A stretch of DNA of 14,092 bases from Myxococcales bacterium (GTDB lineage: Bacteria > Myxococcota_A > UBA9042). Below the pieces are notes generated by a model, which was not told the DNA's origin, searched no databases, and was given only the letters and a program-made list of their open reading frames with translations. The translations under genes and the position numbers were made by a program. The first letter of the stretch is position 1. Each line of letters starts with the position of its first letter. Below, piece by piece: positions 1 through 6,737 of the stretch. Location: NCBI GenBank assembly GCA_037441385.1, contig JBBISH010000148.1, positions 1 through 14,092 on the forward strand. Reading direction: 5' to 3'.

Positions 1-84
1 GCTCAGGCCCAGGTTCAGGTCCAGGCTCAGGCTCAGGAACAGGTTCAGGAACAGGCTCAGGCTCAGGAACAGGTTCAGGTTCGG
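1..84. repeat. Degenerate hexamer tandem array (GNNCAG)n, left arm, truncated by the window edge
   Basis: 13 consecutive units at 1-78: gctcag gcccag gttcag gtccag gctcag gctcag gaacag gttcag gaacag gctcag gctcag gaacag gttcag. It then decays (gttcgg, gttccc, gttccc). Positions 25-48 and 55-78 are identical 24-mers. Confidence 0.97.
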
Positions 85-127
85 TTCCCGTTCCCGGCTC
101 TGGCGGGTGGACCTCTAGCCCAACGCA

Positions 128-170
128 CCAGGCGCCCTGCGGGTTTGCGACCTCCCGCAGGCCGCCCTGG
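128..170. other. GC-rich stem-loop just downstream of the four-helix-bundle stop codon
   Basis: ccagg(128-132)-cgc-cctgcggg(136-143)-10 nt loop-cccgcagg(154-161)-ccgc-cctgg(166-170). No U-tract on either strand, so it is not a classical intrinsic terminator. Confidence 0.7.
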
Positions 171-178
171 CTGCCCAC

Positions 179-502
179 CTACCGCTGCGCCAAACGGAAC
201 AGCATGGCGCGAATCTGGTCCAGCTTTCCGGCCAGCTCTGCAACCGGCGTCGCATCCAGCAGCCCCAGCGCCTGCATGAGCCCCAGCCCGGCCGCAGCCT
301 CCGACGCGGAACCCCTTGCCACACCGAGCAAATTCCGCCGGTCGCCGGCCTGCCGGTTCAGCCCCTCGCTGGTATTGAGCACCACCGACGTGAGCGCCCT
401 GCGCACCTGATCGACCAATTCGCCATTCCCCCTGGGCACTTCCCCGACCAACCGAATGCCGTCCCGCGCCACTTCCCGCGCCAACCCTTCCACGATCAAC
501 AT
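179..502 (-). CDS. Four helix bundle protein (TIGR02436 / 23S rRNA-IVP / bAvd-like family), 107 aa
   Basis: ELVDQVRRALTSVVLNTSEG...DRRNLLGVARGSASE matches the family signature L.DQ.RRA..S...N..EG...ARGS..E. ATG at 502 is preceded by an SD-like AGAGG (atagaggttacgtcATG). Size is typical for the family. The TTG start at 574 in the ORF track is less likely. Confidence 0.88.
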   Translation of the reverse strand: MLIVEGLAREVARDGIRLVGEVPRGNGELVDQVRRALTSVVLNTSEGLNRQAGDRRNLLGVARGSASEAAAGLGLMQALGLLDATPVAELAGKLDQIRAMLFRLAQR

Positions 503-565
503 GACGTAACCTCTATCTGCCGGCCGAAAACCGACCGTGCCCCCGTGGCCGCCACGCCGCGCGGA

Positions 566-615
566 GCCTGGCAAGGCCGGCCCGAGTAGGGCCGCTCGTC
601 TTGGCCTTGCCGGGC
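566..615. other. Nested inverted repeat/stem-loop upstream of the four-helix-bundle gene
   Basis: gcctggcaaggcc (566-578) pairs with ggccttgccgggc (603-615) at 12/13 positions. Inside it is the hairpin ggccc-gagta-gggcc (579-593). Confidence 0.7.
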
Positions 616-680
616 GAGCAGGGTGTGGCAGGCTTGGGGAACAAGGAGAGAAGGCAAAGACAATTAGGGGCTTTGGGGAG

Positions 681-776
681 CTGATCCTGATCCTGTTCCT
701 GTACCTGTACCTGTACCTGTACCTGATCCTGTACCTGATCCTGTACCTGAACCTGATCCTGATCCCGACCCCGCCC
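681..776. repeat. Degenerate hexamer tandem array (CTGWWC)14, right arm, reverse-complement orientation to the 1-78 array
   Basis: 681-764 has 6x ctgatc, 6x ctgtac, 1x ctgttc and 1x ctgaac. It decays as ccgacc ccgccc (765-776) up to the stop codon of the PLC-like gene. Confidence 0.97.
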
Positions 777-1714
777 TACAACCCATTCAAAGTCTTGACC
801 ACACTGATCAAATCCCCTTCGCTGTACCAGTCGACCGCCAGCATGCCCACCCGCTGTTTCTGCTGCTGCTCGCACTGCTGGGCCCGCTGCAACAACAGCG
901 GGTTGTGGTTGGCCAGCTTGGCCAGCTGGTCGTGCGGCTCCAGGTTGTGGGTCAAGAAGTGGTTGACCACAAAGAAGCGGTTGCCTGGCTTGCCGCGCAG
1001 CACGTCGCAGCGGAAGTCCTCGGGCTTTTCAGCGGCATAGGGCGTATCGAACGCCAGGCTTTGGTAACCATGGTTCCATGGCTCGGCGCCGCCGCCGGAC
1101 TCGGTCATGATGAGCAGCCGCTTGTCCTGCGCAATCACCTGGGCCAGCGTGGGCGTGGGGTCATTGGGCCCCAAGTGCAGGCAGCGCGGCAGCAATCCGG
1201 CTGCCTGCAGGCCCGCGTTCAGTGCCGCCTCGCTCACATAGTCCTCGAAGATGATGACCACGAATTCGCGGGGGTGCGCGTCTAGCCACTGCCGCAGCGC
1301 CGTCATGGCCGCAGTGAACTCGGTCGCGCCTAGCTTGCAGCTGGCGTGGCACAGGTAGGGCTTGCCCTGTTCGCCGGCCAGGGTCCCGTCGTACGGGTGC
1401 ACGTCCAGCATGAAGCCGCGGATGCCCGCGTCAAGCTGGGGCAGCATCCCGTCGGGTTGGTTGGGGAGCAGAAAGCCATCGGCCTTGCTGCTCATGGCGT
1501 TGTGGGCGGTGGGCAGGGTGATTTGGTTGATCGGCCGCGCGCACAGGGCCGGATCGCCGTTGCAGGGCAGGGCCGCACTTGTGTCACCGCTATCGCCCGC
1601 TCCGCCAGCGTCGTTGCTGACCGTGGCGTCGGGTGGCACCGGGCTCGCCGACGAACCACAAGCGCCGAGCACCAGAACTGCGCCCAAGATCCAGGCTTTG
1701 CCGGCCGTGTTCAC
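776..1714 (-). CDS. PI-PLC X-domain / PLC-like phosphodiesterase (TIM barrel) lipoprotein, 312 aa
   Basis: Motifs CNG...LCAR, TAHNAMS, NQ...QLDAGIRGFMLDVH, LCH..C, WLDAHPREFVVIIFED, NHFL and AVDWY. Signal peptide with lipobox LGAC. GTG at 1714 overlaps the upstream TGA (GTGA coupling). Confidence 0.85.
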   Translation of the reverse strand: MNTAGKAWILGAVLVLGACGSSASPVPPDATVSNDAGGAGDSGDTSAALPCNGDPALCARPINQITLPTAHNAMSSKADGFLLPNQPDGMLPQLDAGIRGFMLDVHPYDGTLAGEQGKPYLCHASCKLGATEFTAAMTALRQWLDAHPREFVVIIFEDYVSEAALNAGLQAAGLLPRCLHLGPNDPTPTLAQVIAQDKRLLIMTESGGGAEPWNHGYQSLAFDTPYAAEKPEDFRCDVLRGKPGNRFFVVNHFLTHNLEPHDQLAKLANHNPLLLQRAQQCEQQQKQRVGMLAVDWYSEGDLISVVKTLNGL

Positions 1715-3447
1715 GGCGCTGTCCCCGGAAACAAGAAGCGCAGCGCCGCCGGGGCGCGCAAATTCCACGAGCCCTCGTTGTGCATGTGGCCGTGGCCGAT
1801 CAGGCAGACCAGGTTGTGCGACAACTGTAGGTACTCGCTCCAGGTTTTGCCGGCGGGCGGCTTGGCCGACCAGGCCAGCGCCGGCACCTTGGCCACCGCC
1901 GTCGAGTAGGGCAGGTTCGGCAGCGGAGTCGCGGGGTTGTTGTCGGTGTCCCACTCGGGGCGGTCGTCCCAGCCGGCGGCGATCAGGGCATTGCGGGTCC
2001 AGTCGGTGTTGGCCCACGAGTCGCACTCGTAGCAGGCGGTGCCGTCAAAGTCCGTGTCGCCGCTGTCCAGGTACACGCGCAGCGCGCCCTTGGGCACCTT
2101 GGCGGCGTTTTCGGCGATGATGGCGCGCATGGTCGGGCCTTCGCTGGGTTTGCCGGTCTCGAACGACACGCCCTCGCCCACCCATAGCGCACCCGAGAAC
2201 GACGCCAACCGCCCAAAAACCTTCCACTGTTGCCAGCCGATCCACAACGACGCGTTGCCGCCCAGGCTCGAACCGGCGATCGCCGTGTGATCGCGATCCG
2301 GCAAGGTGCGGAAGAGCTTGTCGATCATCGGCTTGACCGTCTCGACCAAGAACGCGGCGTACTGCTGGATCTTGGGCGGGTACACCTTGCTGCCGTCGTC
2401 CAGCGGCGCCCAGACGTACTCGCTCATGCGATCGTTTGTGTCCACGCCCACTTGGATGACGGGCGCCATCGCCCCGTTGGCCATCAGCTCGTCGCTGATC
2501 TGGTCCACCTTCCAGTCGCCAAACGGCGCCAGCGGACTCGTAAAGACGTTGAAGCCGTCGTGCCAGTACAGCACCGGGAAGTGCTCGGTCTGGCTTTGGA
2601 AATACGCCGCGGGCAAGTACACGTACAGGTTGCGGACGTTGTTCAGCTGCGGGCTCTGGACGTCGCCGATCCAGCGCAGGCGGCTGTGATTGGCCGGGTA
2701 GATCGCCGAGTTGGGGCCCAGCCCAGCAAAGACAAAGTAGGGGTTGCTGGGATCGATCGCCCACTGCCCGTCGATCTTGACTTTGTATTGGCGGGTTTGT
2801 GTCGTGTCGATCGGCACTTTTGCGGTGAACAGGCCCGGCACTCCCGCCACCGGCGTGGTCGCATCGGGCGTGGCCCAGTTGTGCCAGTCGCCCATGATCT
2901 CTACGGTTTGTGCGCCCTTGGCCATCACCAGGAAGCGGCACTGGCCAGCCTCGCACACGGGCATGTCGTAGGCGGCATACAGCTTCTGCAGGGCGGCCGC
3001 GTCGCCGCTTTGCAGGGCCGCGTCGATTTGGGCCGCGGTGGGTGGCGCGGGCGTGGCGGGGCTGGTGTCGGCGGGGCTGGTGTCGGTCGGGGCGCTGTCG
3101 GTGGCCGCCCCATCCGGGCTTGCGCTGTCCGCGGCGGCGAGGTCTGCCTCGGCGCTGTCTGGCAGCGCAGCATCCCACGGACCAAGATCGGGCAAAGACG
3201 CGTCCACTGCGGCGTCGTCGCTGGCCACGTCGGAGCTGGCTGCATCCTGGGGTGGTGCCTCGGGTTCATCGGCCGCGGCCGTGGCGTCCCCCGAAACCCC
3301 GCTCTCTTGTCCCGCGTCACCGGCGTCGGCTCCGGTCTCTTGGTCCCCACCGCTCGAACCCAGCAGATTTTGCTGGCTGGGCCCACCGCAAGCCGCCAGC
3401 AACGCCGCCAGCAGCCACTGCACCCACCGCATCGCTCGCTTGGCCAT
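1711..3447 (-). CDS. Alpha/beta-hydrolase 'putative esterase' (Fes/IroE-like) lipoprotein with Asp/Ala/Pro-rich linker and E-set/CBM48-like domain, 578 aa
   Basis: ATG at 3447 with SD GGAGG and lipobox LAAC. E-set-like VEIMGDWHNW...QYKVKIDGQWAIDPSNP. Esterase motifs RNLYVYLP, PVLYWHDG, VKPMID..FRT and nucleophile elbow GSSLGG. C-terminal HNEGSW...ALRFLFP. Confidence 0.88.
   Translation of the reverse strand: MAKRAMRWVQWLLAALLAACGGPSQQNLLGSSGGDQETGADAGDAGQESGVSGDATAAADEPEAPPQDAASSDVASDDAAVDASLPDLGPWDAALPDSAEADLAAADSASPDGAATDSAPTDTSPADTSPATPAPPTAAQIDAALQSGDAAALQKLYAAYDMPVCEAGQCRFLVMAKGAQTVEIMGDWHNWATPDATTPVAGVPGLFTAKVPIDTTQTRQYKVKIDGQWAIDPSNPYFVFAGLGPNSAIYPANHSRLRWIGDVQSPQLNNVRNLYVYLPAAYFQSQTEHFPVLYWHDGFNVFTSPLAPFGDWKVDQISDELMANGAMAPVIQVGVDTNDRMSEYVWAPLDDGSKVYPPKIQQYAAFLVETVKPMIDKLFRTLPDRDHTAIAGSSLGGNASLWIGWQQWKVFGRLASFSGALWVGEGVSFETGKPSEGPTMRAIIAENAAKVPKGALRVYLDSGDTDFDGTACYECDSWANTDWTRNALIAAGWDDRPEWDTDNNPATPLPNLPYSTAVAKVPALAWSAKPPAGKTWSEYLQLSHNLVCLIGHGHMHNEGSWNLRAPAALRFLFPGTAP
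3056..3085. repeat. Perfect 15-bp tandem duplication in the esterase linker (DTSPA x2)
   Basis: gcggggctggtgtcg at 3056-3070 and 3071-3085. Confidence 0.85.
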
Positions 3448-3489
3448 CCCGCCCTCCAAGCCGCAGCGTACCGGCCGGGCGGCGCGCCG

Positions 3490-3513
3490 GTCAATTGCCC
3501 AGTCAATTGCCCA
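3490..3513. promoter_or_regulatory. Perfect 12-bp direct repeat with palindromic CAATTG core in a divergent intergenic region; candidate transcription-factor site
   Basis: gtcaattgccca at 3490-3501 and 3502-3513, between the divergent starts at 3447 (-) and 3661 (+). The repeat is directly visible; the regulatory role is inferred. Confidence 0.45.
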
Positions 3514-3660
3514 GGCGGCCGCAAGCCTGCCGGCGTCGCAGACGAATTCCGCCCGAGGCTGCAGCTTCGACTCGCCTTCGGCCGAGTAGGCGAGCAGTTG
3601 CCGGCCCCTGGCAAACCGACTACCGTACAAGGGCTGCGGAGTCGCCCGCCGGGATGCTGC

Positions 3661-4743
3661 ATGGCTGCCCAGTCCCCCCAAGTCTACCGCCCACCGTCGG
3701 CCTGGCGCGAGTTCGCCGTGTTTTGGTTTGGCCACGAGGCGCGGCGCCTGCAGTTTCTGACCGCCATGGCCGTGCTGATCCTGGCGCTGCTGGGTGCCCA
3801 GCAGTTTCGCCTGGAAAAAGACTTGGCTGGAGCGAGTTTGCGCGTGTCTGGCGGCGCCGAGGTGGCGTACGTGGCGCCCGTGCCGGCGATGCGCATGGCC
3901 TCGCTGGGCAACCAGGGCGCGCTGGCCGACCTGCTGTTCTTGCGGGCCGCGCACTACTTTGTCGAGCACCTGATCACCGACAGTCGGCTGCCGTGGCTGG
4001 ATGTGTACCTGGACGCGATGTGGGGCCTGGACGCGCACATTCGCCAAAGTTATCGCTGGGGTTGCCAGGTCATCAAGTTTGGCCAGCGCATCGACGACGA
4101 CGTGGCCCGCCGCGCCAACCGCATGGCCCGCCTGGGGCTGGAGTACTACCCCGACGAGGCCTGGCTGTACCACGAGATTGCCTTCAACCTGCGCTATTCG
4201 GTCGAGGCCAAGACGCCTGAGGAGGAGAAGGCGCTGCGGGACTTGGCGCTGAAGTACTTGGACGTGGCCTACTCGTTCCCGGGTTTTGTCTTCGATCCCT
4301 CGTACTTGGTGGGCCAGTACAGCCGCGCCGGTCGCAGCGACGACAGCGTGCAGGCGGCCTTGGCCACCTATGCCCAGGCGACCGCGGCTCAGCGCCAGAC
4401 CCTGCGGCAAATGCTGCTGGATCGCAACAAGAACGATCTAGCCAAGCAGTTGGCATGGTTCGATTTTTCGCAGCAGCGCAATTGGCCGTGGGCGCAACCG
4501 ACCCTGGCGCTGCTGCTTGGACCGCGACCCCGGCTGGCGCCGCCGCTGCAGGCCGCCCACCCCGAGAATTGGCCCAATTATCCGCGGCCCGACGCGGCCC
4601 GGCTCGACGAGCTGGGCGTGCCGGCGATCGAGTCACCCGACGGCGACGGCTGGCTGCCCGACGAGCTGGCCGGCAAGGAGCTGTGGGCTGCCGAGAAGAA
4701 CCCCGCGACCTATCTGCCCCACGACGCCTCCCCCACGCACTAG
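3661..4743 (+). CDS. Membrane-anchored helical (TPR-like) protein resembling myxobacterial PilG / Geobacter XapA-type proteins, 360 aa
   Basis: N-terminal TM (FLTAMAVLILALLGA), then MASLG...ADLLFLRAAHYF...PWLDVYLDAMWGLD...YRWG...GLEYYPDEAWL...AF. I recall this pattern from deltaproteobacterial pilus-associated proteins. Host-like codon usage. The stop overlaps the SD of the next gene. Confidence 0.6.
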   Translation: MAAQSPQVYRPPSAWREFAVFWFGHEARRLQFLTAMAVLILALLGAQQFRLEKDLAGASLRVSGGAEVAYVAPVPAMRMASLGNQGALADLLFLRAAHYFVEHLITDSRLPWLDVYLDAMWGLDAHIRQSYRWGCQVIKFGQRIDDDVARRANRMARLGLEYYPDEAWLYHEIAFNLRYSVEAKTPEEEKALRDLALKYLDVAYSFPGFVFDPSYLVGQYSRAGRSDDSVQAALATYAQATAAQRQTLRQMLLDRNKNDLAKQLAWFDFSQQRNWPWAQPTLALLLGPRPRLAPPLQAAHPENWPNYPRPDAARLDELGVPAIESPDGDGWLPDELAGKELWAAEKNPATYLPHDASPTH

Positions 4744-4749
4744 GAGCCC

Positions 4750-5775
<1,026 letters not shown>

Positions 5776-5805
5776 GTCAATTCAACAGGTAGAAAATGCC
5801 CCCCA

Positions 5806-6546
5806 TTACGCTGCGGGGGACTCGCCCAGGGCCTGCACGTAGGCGGCGCGAAGGCGGTCGGCGAGAGTGCGCACGTCGTCGGCGGTCAGGCCGGCAGTCG
5901 GCAGCGGCGGCAACACGTCGAACACGACCTTGCCCGGCGAGCAGGCCACGGCACTCCGCGGCCACAACTCTGCACAACCGTGGATGATCAAAGGGTAGAT
6001 CGGTACTTGCGCCGCGATCGCGACGTGGAAGGGGCCCAGCTTGAACGGCCCCAGCTTGCCATCGGGCGAGCGCGTCCCTTCGGGCGAGATGAGCACGCTG
6101 TGCCGGCCGCGGACGATGCGCTGGGCGACGGCCTTGAGCATGCCGGTGGCGCCCTGGCGGTCGGCGCGGGCCAGGCGGACCACGTCGAGCAGCAGGATCA
6201 CCTGGCCAATCAGCGGCAGGTACAGCAGCTCCTTTTTGGCAATGACAATAGAGCCTTGGCACATCATGGTGGCGCCGACCATCAGGTCCAGGGTCGAGCT
6301 GTGGTTGAAGGTCAGCACGCGCGCCTCGCGGCGCTCCATGACCGCGCGGGCCGCCCGCGTGTACTCGATCTGCACGCCCAGCAGCCAGCTAGAGATGTAG
6401 CCCCAGCCGCGCACCAGCGCGCAGCCCAGCGTGTCTTTGGCCAGGCCCAGGGTGGCCAGCAGCAGCACGATCATGGTCGGGATGTAGAGCGCGCAGAACA
6501 GCCAGATCAGAATCGCTTGCTTGGCGGCGCGCAGGTACGTTCGCAT
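5806..6546 (-). CDS. plsC: 1-acyl-sn-glycerol-3-phosphate (lysophospholipid) acyltransferase, PlsC family, 246 aa
   Basis: NHSSTLD (HX4D), AKKEL, PEGTRS and FKLGPF motifs, plus an N-terminal hydrophobic helix. ATG at 6546 chosen over the TTG at 6576. Confidence 0.9.
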   Translation of the reverse strand: MRTYLRAAKQAILIWLFCALYIPTMIVLLLATLGLAKDTLGCALVRGWGYISSWLLGVQIEYTRAARAVMERREARVLTFNHSSTLDLMVGATMMCQGSIVIAKKELLYLPLIGQVILLLDVVRLARADRQGATGMLKAVAQRIVRGRHSVLISPEGTRSPDGKLGPFKLGPFHVAIAAQVPIYPLIIHGCAELWPRSAVACSPGKVVFDVLPPLPTAGLTADDVRTLADRLRAAYVQALGESPAA

Positions 6547-6662
6547 CGGCCTACCGTAGCGGCATTGGCCCAGCACGGCAAGGCCCAGAAGACGCCCCCC
6601 AATTTCTACTGCACGGAATTACGCCAATTGCTGGGTCGCCACGGAGCCAGAGCGTCGCGACA

Positions 6663-6691
6663 TTGACGCCCCGCCGCCGGTTTGGGATCCT
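6663..6691 (+). promoter_or_regulatory. Possible sigma70-type promoter for the oxidoreductase-asnB-dusC operon
   Basis: TTGACG (6663-6668), a 17-bp spacer ending in TGG, then GATCCT (6686-6691). Good -35 and a weak extended -10, about 46 nt before the ATG at 6738. Confidence 0.3.
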
Positions 6692-6737
6692 ACCGCGCCG
6701 CCGGCCGACCCCCTGGCCGCGCGCAGAGAGGGCGACC

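Noticed and set aside
1..764. CRISPR array or IS terminal inverted repeats
   Set aside because: The period is 6 nt with no unique spacers, there is no cas or transposase gene, and no target-site duplication can be identified.
1..776. Diversity-generating retroelement or 23S rRNA intervening sequence as the explanation for the Avd/IVP-like gene
   Set aside because: No reverse transcriptase, no TR/VR pair differing at adenines and no rRNA sequence in the window. Sequence left of position 1 is unseen, so this cannot be fully excluded.
179..778. Genome-wide TAG recoding that would fuse the PLC-like and four-helix genes
   Set aside because: TAG ends several other genes here at their expected C-termini (4743, 8930, 11844, 13226), and the linker would be a run of rare AGG codons.
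513..1040. ORFs 513-875(-) (QDQVQVQ) and 537-1040(+) (LILILFLYLYLY, TM-like)
   Set aside because: These are translations of the hexamer array. They overlap the PLC-like gene and show no recognisable domain.
2230..4410. N-terminal extensions of ORFs 1711-4410(-) and 2230-4743(+), implying a huge bidirectional overlap
   Set aside because: Each extension is the antisense shadow of the other real gene. The SD and signal peptide support the start at 3447, and the N-terminal TM segment supports 3661.
5776..5805. Bidirectional terminator between the convergent epimerase and plsC genes
   Set aside because: The 30-nt AT-richer gap has no convincing stem with a U-tract.
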